A stretch of 64,000 nucleotides of DNA, taken from positions 352,001 through 416,000 of the forward strand of contig CAWKBC010000032.1 of the NCBI GenBank assembly GCA_963847705.1, read 5' to 3'. The DNA is from an uncultured Pseudomonadota bacterium (GTDB lineage Bacteria; Myxococcota_A; Polyangia; Fen-1088). Positions 1 through 8,537 of this stretch are shown one piece after another (position 1 is the first letter of the stretch; the number at the start of each line of letters is the position of its first letter). A program made the position numbers and the translations under genes. The notes under the pieces were generated by a model. The model had not been told where the DNA came from. It saw only the letters and a list, made by a program, of their open reading frames with translations, and searched no databases.

Positions 1-1217
1 ATCCATCCCCGCCGCTCCGCCAAGGCCAGGGCCGCCGGGAGCACGGTGTAGGCGGAGATCCAGCAGCACGCCATCCCCATCCCGCCGATGATCCCGAAGT
101 CGCGAAAGCCGCGAAAGGGGGTGGCGGCCAGGGAGAGATAGGCGGTGCCAGCCGCCAGCGCGGCGGCCGCCGTGGCGCGCATCGTCCCGCTCCTGGCGAT
201 CTCCAGCGAGCGTTCGACGGGATGGCCCTCCCGGCGTTCCTCGAAATACCGGCCGAGGTAGATGATCCCGAAGTTGATCCCGTTGCCGATGACGATCGAC
301 GAGAGAAACGCGCTGGCGATGTTGAGATGGCCGATGGTGAGGTCGGTGAAGGCGAAGGCGACCAGCGCGCCGACGGTGAGCGACCAGCCGAGCGCCAGCA
401 CCCCGGCCAGCGAGCGAAAGTAGAGCAGCAGCGCCGCCAGCACCGCCGCCAGCGTCAGCAGGGTCGCGATGGTCATCCCGGCGATGAGCCCGTGCTGCTC
501 GGCGAGGCCGCGGATGACGTCCCCCGCCATCCCGACCGTGACCGTGGGGCCTGTCTCGGCGAGCGTCGCGTCGATCTGGCGCTGGAGCGCGTCCGCCAGC
601 CGCGCCCCGCTGTCCAGATCGCCGCCGTTGAAGGCGGCCCGAACGATGATCAGCTGAAGCCGCCCGTCGGCCGAGACCAGGGCCGTCGGATGGCGAGCCT
701 TCTCCCGGGCCTCGTCCAGCTTCTTGCGGAGCTCGTCCAACCGGTCGCCGCCCGACTTTTTCTGGTCGGCCGGCTCATCGTCGAGCGAAACGTAGAGGGG
801 ATTGGCCTTCATCATGCGGGCGCGCAGGGCATCCCGCGCCGCGGCGAGATCGGCGAGGTCCGCGAACAGGAACCGGTTGTCCCAGGTGTAACGGCGAAAG
901 GTGCCGTCGTCGGAGGTCACGCCGCCGATGCCCAGCGCCGGAGCGTCGAGCGCCTGAATCCGCCGGAGCAACGCCGCGCCCGCCCGGGCGCGCGCGGCGA
1001 CATCCACGCTCTCGACCCCGAGCATGAAGGTCGCCGTGATGCGCGCCCGCTTCTCCAGCGCCCGCAGCTGGCGCACCGAGGGGGTCGACTCGGGCAGGAG
1101 GTACGAAAGGTCGCTCTTCACGCTGAGCCGGCTGGTCAGCGCGCCGCCGGCGATGGCCACGACGACCGCCACGACCAAGACGGCCGTCCCGCGTTTCGAC
1201 GGATCACGAGCTTTCAT
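1..1217 (-). CDS. MMPL/RND-family membrane transporter (3' end outside window)
   Basis: Hand translation from ATG 1217: MKARDPSKRGTAVLVVAVVVAIAGG..VKSDLSYLLPES; later SSIVIGNGINFGIIYLGRYFEERR and TPFRGFRDFGIIGG, typical MMPL TM segments. Absent from the ORF track because it runs off the edge. Confidence 0.85.
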   Translation of the reverse strand, partial: MKARDPSKRGTAVLVVAVVVAIAGGALTSRLSVKSDLSYLLPESTPSVRQLRALEKRARITATFMLGVESVDVAARARAGAALLRRIQALDAPALGIGGVTSDDGTFRRYTWDNRFLFADLADLAAARDALRARMMKANPLYVSLDDEPADQKKSGGDRLDELRKKLDEAREKARHPTALVSADGRLQLIIVRAAFNGGDLDSGARLADALQRQIDATLAETGPTVTVGMAGDVIRGLAEQHGLIAGMTIATLLTLAAVLAALLLYFRSLAGVLALGWSLTVGALVAFAFTDLTIGHLNIASAFLSSIVIGNGINFGIIYLGRYFEERREGHPVERSLEIARSGTMRATAAAALAAGTAYLSLAATPFRGFRDFGIIGGMGMACCWISAYTVLPAALALAERRGW

Positions 1218-1323
1218 GTTTGGGCAACGAGCCGCCGAGCGCACCGCTGGCGCACCAATTCGCGGTAGAAAGTAGGCACCCGAAGATTTCTGGGAACCCC
1301 CCCCACCGGCGATCCGACGCCGA

Positions 1324-2478
1324 TCACGAGGGTTGGCCGGGCGCGGCGCTCTCGAGATGCAGCGCCGCGGCGGCCAGGCAGAGGGCGAGACAGCCGAGCC
1401 AGAGCGCCGGAGCCCCGAGGCGCGCGAGCACCAGCGACCCCAGCGTCGGCGCCACGGAGAAGGCGACGGCCCAGGCGAGCTGATACGTCCCCTGGTAGGC
1501 ACCCCGACGATCGGCGGGGGCGAAATCGGCGACCAGCGCCGGCGACGACGAGGAGACGCCGATCTCGCCGGCGGTCCAGAGCACCGCCGCCAGCAGGTAG
1601 ACGAGGGTACCGGCATGCCCTTGCCCTTGCCCCGCCAGGGCGTTCGTCCCCAGTCCGATCCCGGTCAGCACCGCACCGGCGACCAGCCACTGCAGGTGAC
1701 TGAAGCGGCGCAGCAGGCGCAAGGCGAGCGGTTGCCCGATCACGATGAAGACGCCGTTCAGCCCGAGCAGCAGGCCAATCCGGGCCATCCCGAGCCCGTG
1801 TGCCTGCATGTCGAGCGGCAATGTGACGACGACCTGCACGAACGCCAGCAACAACAGCATCTGAACGAGCACGAACCTCACGAAGGGAGCGTCGTGGATT
1901 GGCAGGTTGAAGAGGCCCCCCGGCGACCTCGTCTCGGCCACGACGGGCGGAGGCCGTGTCTCCGGCACACCCAGCAGAACGAAGGCGCCGTAACCGAAGG
2001 TGGTGAGCGCGTCGACGACGAACAGCAGGCCGAAGTGATGCGCGGCCAGCGCCCCTCCGAACGAGGCCGCCGCCGCGAACCCCAGGTTGATCGCCCAGTA
2101 GAGCAATCCGTAGGCGCGCGCGCGGTCGCGCGGCGGCACCACGTCGGCCACCGCCGCCTGCAAGGGCGCGCGACAGGCGTCGGTGAAGAATCCCAGCACC
2201 GGTGCGATCGCCACGATCGCGGCCGTCGAACGGGCCCAGCCGAGCGCGAGCATCGACGTCCCCGAGCCCGCGATCCCGACCAGCAGGGTGGGCCGGCGGC
2301 CCAGGCGATCGGCCGAGGCGCCGCCGAGCGGTCCGGCCAGCAGCCCGCCCGCCGCGTACAGACTGATGACCAGGCCCGTGAGCTCGGGGGAGAGGCCGCG
2401 CTCGCGCGTGAGGTAGAGGCCGAGCAGCAGGAAGATGGTGCCGCCCAGCCGGTTGAGCAGCATCCCGCACCAGAGCAT
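1324..2478 (-). CDS. MFS transporter (drug/H+ antiporter-like); true start probably upstream at ATG 2614 across a 1-nt frameshift
   Basis: Motif A GASADRLGRRP, about 12 hydrophobic segments; in-frame upstream sequence GLSRTYW continues the usual first TM. Confidence 0.85.
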   Translation of the reverse strand: MLWCGMLLNRLGGTIFLLLGLYLTRERGLSPELTGLVISLYAAGGLLAGPLGGASADRLGRRPTLLVGIAGSGTSMLALGWARSTAAIVAIAPVLGFFTDACRAPLQAAVADVVPPRDRARAYGLLYWAINLGFAAAASFGGALAAHHFGLLFVVDALTTFGYGAFVLLGVPETRPPPVVAETRSPGGLFNLPIHDAPFVRFVLVQMLLLLAFVQVVVTLPLDMQAHGLGMARIGLLLGLNGVFIVIGQPLALRLLRRFSHLQWLVAGAVLTGIGLGTNALAGQGQGHAGTLVYLLAAVLWTAGEIGVSSSSPALVADFAPADRRGAYQGTYQLAWAVAFSVAPTLGSLVLARLGAPALWLGCLALCLAAAALHLESAAPGQPS

Positions 2479-2648
2479 CCAGTAAGTCCGCGAGAGGCCC
2501 AGCGGCCCCCCCAGCCCGCCGTCGATGTCGTTGGCCGGCGTGGGCCTGCGGTTGCAGCGCGATCCGGACGGGGACCGCGCCGGGGCTACCGTTCTCCAGT
2601 CTGTTTTGGCTCATCGTCGTCTCCGGGAAGAGCCGAAGACCGAGAGCC

Positions 2649-2790
2649 ACCGAGCGACCCCCGGCCGTCGGCCGGGGTCGTCTCGGTTCTAACGTTCAAC
2701 CGCGACGGAGCCCGGCCAGGCCACCCAGACGGGTGACCTGAATCATCGGGAGCCGGCAGCGATTGAACGTCGTCACGAGAGAACCAGAAT
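2649..2790 (-). promoter_or_regulatory. Structured leader / possible attenuator upstream of the MFS gene
   Basis: Nested inverted repeats 2692-2703/2759-2770 and 2717-2726/2731-2740, a GC hairpin at 2649-2687, and a 16-codon ORF 2746-2696. Confidence 0.4.
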
Positions 2791-2867
2791 AACCGAGCGC
2801 GCGGCCGCTGACAATGAGGCCGCGGCCCACGGGCGCGGGCCGATCGGCTCGGCTATCCTCCGGCGCG

Positions 2868-4550
2868 ATGGCCAATCCCAGTCCCACGCCCAACCCCAAT
2901 CCGATGCTGGCCCGCTCTGCGCAGATGTTCCCCGAGCTGACCGACGCGCAGATCGCGCGGGTCGCCGCCATCGGCAAGCGGCGGGAAATCGTGGCGGGCG
3001 AGCTGCTGTTCGACGTCGACGAGCAGAACACCCGGTTCTTCGTGGTGCTCGAGGGGACGATCGAGGTCGTGCTTCCGGTCGGCGATCGCGAGCTTCCGGT
3101 CGTCACGCATGGTCCCCGGCAGTTCACCGGCGAGATCAACATGCTCTCGGCGCGGCGGAGCCTGGTCCGCGGCCGGGTGAAGGACGCCGGCGCCGTCATC
3201 GCCGTCGATCGCCAGGATCTCCGGCTGCTCGTGCAGCGCGACTCCGAGCTGAGCGAGATCCTCCTGCGCGCCTTCATCCTCCGCCGGGTGGCGCTGCTGT
3301 CCGAGGGGTCGGATCTCATCCTGCTCGGCTCGCAGCACTCGGCGAACACGCTGCGCATCCGGGAGTTCCTGAGCCGCAACGGTCAGCCGTTCGTCTATCA
3401 AGACGTGGAGACCGACCCCAGCGTCCAGGCGATGCTCGACAGCTTTCACATCGGCGTCTCGGAGGTTCCGGTGATCGTCTGCCGCGGCGGCCACGTCCTC
3501 AAGAACCCGTCGCTCGAAGGGCTGGCGACGGCGCTGGGGCTGGCCGGATCGTTCGACGCGAAGGAGGTGCACGACGTCATCATCGTGGGGGCCGGTCCTG
3601 CGGGGCTGGCGGCGGCGGTCTACGGCGCGTCGGAGGGCCTTGGCGTCCTGGTCCTCGACAGCACCGCGGCCGGCGGGCAGGCGGGCACCAGCTCCCGCAT
3701 CGAGAACTACCTCGGCTTCCCCACCGGCATCTCCGGCCAGGCCCTGGCCGGACGGGCGCGCACGCAGGCCGAGAAGTTCGGGGCCGACATCGCGGTCGGC
3801 CGCGACGTCGCGCGGCTCGATTGCGACAGCCACCCCTACCGGATCTTTCTGGCCGACGGGCAGGAGCTTCGCACGCGCGCGATCATCATCGCCACCGGGG
3901 TGCAGTACCGGAGGCTCGACCTGCCGATGCTGGGGCGCTTCGAGGGGGTGGGCGTCTTCTACAGCGCCACGCACCTCGAGGCGCAGCTCTGTCAGGGGGA
4001 GGACGTCGTCGTGGTCGGCGGGGGGAACTCCGCCGGGCAGGCCGCGGTGTTCCTCTCGCAGCTCGCCTCGCACGTCCACGTCCTGGTGCGCGGCCCCGGC
4101 CTGGCCGAGAGCATGTCGCGCTATCTGATCCAGCGCATCGAGTCGAGCCCCAACATCACGCTGCGGACCCGCCGCTCGATCGACGATCTGCAGGGCGACG
4201 ATCACCTGGAGAGCGTCCGCTGGCGCCACCTCGACACGGGCGAGCAGGAGACACGCAACATCCGCAACGTCTTCTCCATGACCGGCGCCGATCCCAACAC
4301 CGACTGGCTCGCGGGCTGCCTGTTGCTGGACGACAAGAAGTTCGTGAAGACGGGCGTCGATCTCCTGCCCGAAGATCTGAAGGCCGCCGGGTGGCGGCTC
4401 CCGCGGCGACCGTACCTGATGGAGACCAGCATCCCCGGCGTGTTCTGCGTCGGTGACGCGCGCGCCAACAGCGTGAAGCGCGTGGCGTCGGCCGTCGGCG
4501 AGGGCTCGATCTGCGTCCAGCTGGTTCACCGCGCGCTGCAAGAACTGTAA
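2868..4550 (+). CDS. cNMP-binding domain + thioredoxin-reductase-like FAD/NAD(P)H oxidoreductase
   Basis: N-terminal cNMP fold (FFVVLEGTIEV, FTGEINML); GAGPAG, SSRIENYLGFP, GGGNSAGQAA, ETSIPGVFCVGD. Start at ATG 2868 preferred. Confidence 0.9.
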   Translation: MANPSPTPNPNPMLARSAQMFPELTDAQIARVAAIGKRREIVAGELLFDVDEQNTRFFVVLEGTIEVVLPVGDRELPVVTHGPRQFTGEINMLSARRSLVRGRVKDAGAVIAVDRQDLRLLVQRDSELSEILLRAFILRRVALLSEGSDLILLGSQHSANTLRIREFLSRNGQPFVYQDVETDPSVQAMLDSFHIGVSEVPVIVCRGGHVLKNPSLEGLATALGLAGSFDAKEVHDVIIVGAGPAGLAAAVYGASEGLGVLVLDSTAAGGQAGTSSRIENYLGFPTGISGQALAGRARTQAEKFGADIAVGRDVARLDCDSHPYRIFLADGQELRTRAIIIATGVQYRRLDLPMLGRFEGVGVFYSATHLEAQLCQGEDVVVVGGGNSAGQAAVFLSQLASHVHVLVRGPGLAESMSRYLIQRIESSPNITLRTRRSIDDLQGDDHLESVRWRHLDTGEQETRNIRNVFSMTGADPNTDWLAGCLLLDDKKFVKTGVDLLPEDLKAAGWRLPRRPYLMETSIPGVFCVGDARANSVKRVASAVGEGSICVQLVHRALQEL

Positions 4551-4633
4551 GGAACTTCCGGCGAACGCTCGGCTCTGCCCACAACCTGGCTGACAGGCGT
4601 TATCATCACTATCATTCTGGCGAGCGTGCGGAG

Positions 4634-5902
4634 ATGAGGCTCCTCGACGAATACCGCGCGGTCCGCGCGCGCACGCTGGAGCTGGCGGCGCCGCTCTCGC
4701 CCGAGGACCAAGGGGTGCAGTCGATGCCGGACGCGAGCCCCACCAAGTGGCACCTCGCCCACACCACCTGGTTCTTCGAGACCTTCGTGCTGAAGCCGCA
4801 CGCGCCTGACCACCGGCCGTTCGACCCGAGCTTCGAGTTCCTCTTCAACTCGTACTACGAGGGCGTCGGGCCCCGGCCCGACAGGGCCCGCCGCGGGGAG
4901 CTCTCCCGCCCGTCGCTCGACCAGGTCCAGGCCTATCGCCGCCACGTCGACCAGGCGATGGCAAGACTGCTGGAGCCAGGGACCGTCGCTCCTGTGGTCG
5001 CTTCGACGATCACCCTCGGCCTCCATCACGAACAGCAGCACCAGGAGCTGCTGCTCACCGACATCAAGCACGCCTTCGGATCGCACCCGCTGCAGCCGGC
5101 CTACCGCGCCGCCGCGCCGGCCCCGGGCGCGACCACGGCCCCACCGCGCGCCTTTCGGACGTTCGACGGGGGCGTCGTCTGGATCGGCCACGAAGGCGCT
5201 GGGTTCGCTTTCGACAACGAGGGTCCCCGCCACCGCTGGTTCCTCGACCCGTTCGCGATCGCGGATTCCCCGGTGACCTGCGGCGAGTACCTGGCCTTCA
5301 TGCGCGACGGGGGCTATGCGCGCCCCGAGCTGTGGCTCTCCGACGGCTGGCGGACGGTCGAAAGCGAGCGCTGGCGCGCGCCGCTTTACTGGCAGGAGTC
5401 CGAGCGCGGCGGTGACCCGAGGGAGGGCGGCGAGACGGGTTGGCTCGTCTACACGCTGGCCGGGCGACGCCCCGTCGACCCCGGCGAGATCGTCGCGCAC
5501 GTCAGCTACTACGAGGCCGACGCCTACGCGCGCTGGGCAGGCGCGCGCCTTCCGACGGAGGAGGAGTGGGAGCACGCCGCCGCCGCGGGTCCGACCCGCG
5601 CCGCGCTGGAGGGCCATTTCGTCGAATCCGAGCGGCTGCACCCGGCGGGCGCAGCGGAAGGCGCGGGGATGTTCGGCGACGTCTGGCAGTGGACCCGCAG
5701 CGCCTACAGCGGATATCCCGGTTACCGGGTTCCGGAAGGCCCCATCGGGGAGTACAACGGCAAGTTCATGAGCAACCAGATGGTGCTGCGCGGCGGGTCG
5801 TGCCTCACGCCGGCCGGTCATGTCCGGGCGACCTACCGCAACTTCTTCCCGCCGGCCACGCGCTGGCAGATGAGTGGCATCCGCCTGGCGCGCGATCTAT
5901 GA
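4634..5902 (+). CDS. egtB: Ergothioneine sulfoxide synthase EgtB
   Basis: QSMPDASPTKWHLAHTTWFFE, FNSYY, HEQQHQEL iron ligands, FGE-like C-terminal domain, EYNGKFM, YRNFF. Confidence 0.95.
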   Translation: MRLLDEYRAVRARTLELAAPLSPEDQGVQSMPDASPTKWHLAHTTWFFETFVLKPHAPDHRPFDPSFEFLFNSYYEGVGPRPDRARRGELSRPSLDQVQAYRRHVDQAMARLLEPGTVAPVVASTITLGLHHEQQHQELLLTDIKHAFGSHPLQPAYRAAAPAPGATTAPPRAFRTFDGGVVWIGHEGAGFAFDNEGPRHRWFLDPFAIADSPVTCGEYLAFMRDGGYARPELWLSDGWRTVESERWRAPLYWQESERGGDPREGGETGWLVYTLAGRRPVDPGEIVAHVSYYEADAYARWAGARLPTEEEWEHAAAAGPTRAALEGHFVESERLHPAGAAEGAGMFGDVWQWTRSAYSGYPGYRVPEGPIGEYNGKFMSNQMVLRGGSCLTPAGHVRATYRNFFPPATRWQMSGIRLARDL

Positions 5903-6963
5903 GAGGCAGCTTGACGACCACGGCCGCGGACGAAGGAATGGACGGCGCAGGGATCGATGGCGCGGGGCTCGACGTGGTGGCGACGCCCGAGGCATCCGCC
6001 ACTCTGGCGGCGGTGGCCGCGGCCGTCCGCGCGGGGTTGGCCAAGGCGCACAAGAGCCTGCCTCCCTGGCTGCTCTACGACGAGGCCGGCTCCGCGCTGT
6101 TCGAGGAGATCACGGCGCTGCCCGAGTACTACCTGACGCGGACGGAGCGCGCGATCCTCGCGGCGTCGTCGGACGAGATCGTCTCCGCCGCGGGACTGCC
6201 GCTCGAGATCGTCGAGCTGGGCGCCGGTTCGGCGACCAAGACCTCTCTCTTGCTCGAGGCGCTGTTGGCCCGGCAGCCGACCGCGCTCTACACCCCGGTC
6301 GACGTCTCCCCGACGGCGCTGCGGCTGGCGAGCGCCGAGCTGCGCCGTTTTCGGCGGCTGCGGGTGCGGCCGATCCTGGCGCGCTATCCCGAGGATCTGG
6401 TGCTCCCCGAGCGCTCGGCCGAGCGCCGGCTGGTCGTCTTTCTCGGTTCGAACGTCGGCAACTACGATCCGTCCGAAGCGCGTGCTCTCCTGGCCGGTGT
6501 GCGCGCCCGGCTGGAGCCCGGAGACGCCTTCCTGCTGGGGGCCGACCTGGCCAAGTCGCCGCGGCTGCTCCGGCCCGCCTACGACGACGCGGCCGGGGTG
6601 ACGGCGCGGTTCAACCTCAACGTGCTGGCCCGTCTCAACCGCGAGCTGGGGGCGGCGTTCGAGCTCGATCGCTTCCGTCACGTGGTGAAGTGGAACGCGG
6701 CGGCCTCGCGGATGGAGCTCTACCTGGAGAGCACGGTCGCCCAGACGGTGCCGATCCGTGCGCTGGGCGCCAAGATCGCCTTCGCCCGGGGCGAGCGTAT
6801 CCACACCGAGTCGAGCTACAAGCTCACGCGCACGGCGCTCCGCCGCTTGCTGGTCGACGCGGGCTTCAAGCCCGAAACGAAGTGGCACGACGCGCGCGGG
6901 TGGTTCGGCCTCTTTCTGGCCCGGGTGCCGCCACGCCGGCGATCGCGCGTCGGCGCCGCCTAG
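5899..6963 (+). CDS. egtD: L-histidine N-alpha-trimethyltransferase EgtD
   Basis: ATGA overlap with egtB stop; LYDEAGSALFEEITALPEYYLTRTE, ELGAGS, FLGSNVGN, AYDDAAGVTARFNLN, IHTESSYK. Confidence 0.95.
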   Translation: MRGSLTTTAADEGMDGAGIDGAGLDVVATPEASATLAAVAAAVRAGLAKAHKSLPPWLLYDEAGSALFEEITALPEYYLTRTERAILAASSDEIVSAAGLPLEIVELGAGSATKTSLLLEALLARQPTALYTPVDVSPTALRLASAELRRFRRLRVRPILARYPEDLVLPERSAERRLVVFLGSNVGNYDPSEARALLAGVRARLEPGDAFLLGADLAKSPRLLRPAYDDAAGVTARFNLNVLARLNRELGAAFELDRFRHVVKWNAAASRMELYLESTVAQTVPIRALGAKIAFARGERIHTESSYKLTRTALRRLLVDAGFKPETKWHDARGWFGLFLARVPPRRRSRVGAA

Positions 6964-6981
6964 CGTAGAACCGAGAGCACG

Positions 6982-8028
6982 ATGGCCTACTTCGATCGCG
7001 ACCACCCGACCTTCCTGGCCGACCCGGTCAGCGCGTCCGACCACGTCCGCGGGCCCGCCGACCCCCATTCGGCCACCGTCACGCTGGTCGAGTTCGGGGA
7101 CTTCGCCTGCCCCTCGTGCGGCGAGTCCTACGGGATGATCAAGTCGCTGCTGGCGCGCCGGCCCGATCTGCGCTTCGTCTTCCGGGCGAACCCGCGCAGT
7201 CACCTCTTCCCGCACGCCGAGATCGCGGCGGAGGCGGCCGAGGCGGCCGGGGCGCAGGGCAAGTTCTGGGAGATGCACGACCTGCTGTTCGAGAACCAGT
7301 CAACGCTGTCGCGCGCCGAGATCTCGCGGCTGGCCGGGACGCTGGGCCTCGACCTGGCGCGCTTCGATCGGGAGCTCGACGCCGGGGTCCACCGCGCCGC
7401 GGTGCGGGCGCAGGAGGTCTCCGGCTGGCACAGCCACGTGCTGTCGACGCCCACCTTCTTCGTGAACGGCGTCCGCTTCGAGGACGCCTCGAGCGCGCTG
7501 CCCGCCGCCATCGACGGCGCCGCCCGCCAGGAGCGGATCGAGCACCAGCTGTTCCGGGAGCTGCACGTCGAGGCGACCGGCGACCACCACCGGCAAACGC
7601 TCTCCATCGGCCCGCACCGGCTCGTCTCGGATCTCCCTTCGCTGGAGGGCGGCGGAGACGCCGGGCCGAGCCCCTACGACCTGCTGGCCGGCGCCCTCGG
7701 CTCCTGCACCGCGATGACCGTCGCCTGGTCGGCCAAGAAGCACAAGATTCCGCTCCAGGGGCTCGACGTGCGGGTCACGCAGTCGCGCGGCTCGGGGGGT
7801 CATCTGTTCCGGGTGGCGATCGTGCTGCGCGGCGATCTGGACGATGCCCAGCGGGCCACGCTGGAGCGGGCCGCCGGACACTGTCCGGTCTCCCGCACGC
7901 TGCAGCACCCGATCTCCATCGACACCCGCGTCACCGCCGCCGGAATCGTCGACGAGGCGAGCGAGGAGACCTTCCCCGCCAGCGACGCGCCCGCCTGGAC
8001 TCTGGGCCGCGACCCGCAGGGGAGATAG
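6982..8028 (+). CDS. DsbA-like thioredoxin domain fused to OsmC-like domain
   Basis: EFGDFACPSC, AQGKFWEMHDLLF, STPTFFVNG; then GPSPYDLLAGALGSCTAMT and HCPVSRTL; tail DEASEETFPASDAPAW. Confidence 0.85.
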   Translation: MAYFDRDHPTFLADPVSASDHVRGPADPHSATVTLVEFGDFACPSCGESYGMIKSLLARRPDLRFVFRANPRSHLFPHAEIAAEAAEAAGAQGKFWEMHDLLFENQSTLSRAEISRLAGTLGLDLARFDRELDAGVHRAAVRAQEVSGWHSHVLSTPTFFVNGVRFEDASSALPAAIDGAARQERIEHQLFRELHVEATGDHHRQTLSIGPHRLVSDLPSLEGGGDAGPSPYDLLAGALGSCTAMTVAWSAKKHKIPLQGLDVRVTQSRGSGGHLFRVAIVLRGDLDDAQRATLERAAGHCPVSRTLQHPISIDTRVTAAGIVDEASEETFPASDAPAWTLGRDPQGR

Positions 8029-8032
8029 CGGG

Positions 8033-8070
8033 CCCTCTCCCCGGCCCTCTCCCGCAAGCGGGAGAGGGAG
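8033..8070. repeat. REP-like palindrome between convergent genes
   Basis: ccctctcccgc-aa-gcgggagaggg perfect 11-bp stem (8045-8068), preceded by a partial direct copy ccctctcccc. Confidence 0.7.
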
Positions 8071-8079
8071 AGCGGCCGG

Positions 8080-8457
8080 CTAGAAGCTCATGAGGGCGAT
8101 GATGTTGCCGTCGGGATCTTTGAACCAGGCGGTCTTGAACTCGCCGAAGGCGTGCACGTCCCCCTTCTGGGTCAAGCCCGGCAGGTCGTAGTGCTCGAAC
8201 ACCACCCCCTTGGCCACGAGCGCCTTGGCAATGGCCTCGATCTCCTCCCCCACCCGCCAGTTCACGGCGGTCGCCTTGTTGCTGCCAGCGTACTGCGAGC
8301 GGTAGACGATCAGCTCCGAGCGGCCGGTCTTGAAGGTGAGCGCCTCGCTGCCGGTGGTGCGCGCCAGCTCGAGACCGAGCACCTCCTGGTAGAATTTCTT
8401 GGCGACCGTCAGATCCTTCACCGCGATGGTGGCGATGGCTTCGCTGTCTCCGAGCAT
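8080..8457 (-). CDS. VOC/glyoxalase family protein
   Basis: VKDLTVAKKFYQEVLGL; TAWFKDPDGNII. Confidence 0.9.
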   Translation of the reverse strand: MLGDSEAIATIAVKDLTVAKKFYQEVLGLELARTTGSEALTFKTGRSELIVYRSQYAGSNKATAVNWRVGEEIEAIAKALVAKGVVFEHYDLPGLTQKGDVHAFGEFKTAWFKDPDGNIIALMSF

Positions 8458-8537
8458 GTGGGCCCTCCGCGCAAAAAGAGTAAGTCGGCCCCGCCCCGGG
8501 AACCAGGCCCTGGCCGGTCGACTATCCTAGGCCGGCG

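Noticed and set aside
2649-2790. SRP RNA, 6S RNA or tRNA
   Set aside because: No SRP GGAA-loop motif or tRNA cloverleaf, and I could not support a 6S-like central bubble; kept as an unassigned leader.
4634-6963. Selenoneine or ovothiol pathway
   Set aside because: No SelD-like or glycosyltransferase partner in the window, and no C-terminal methyltransferase on the sulfoxide synthase; adjacent egtD supports ergothioneine.
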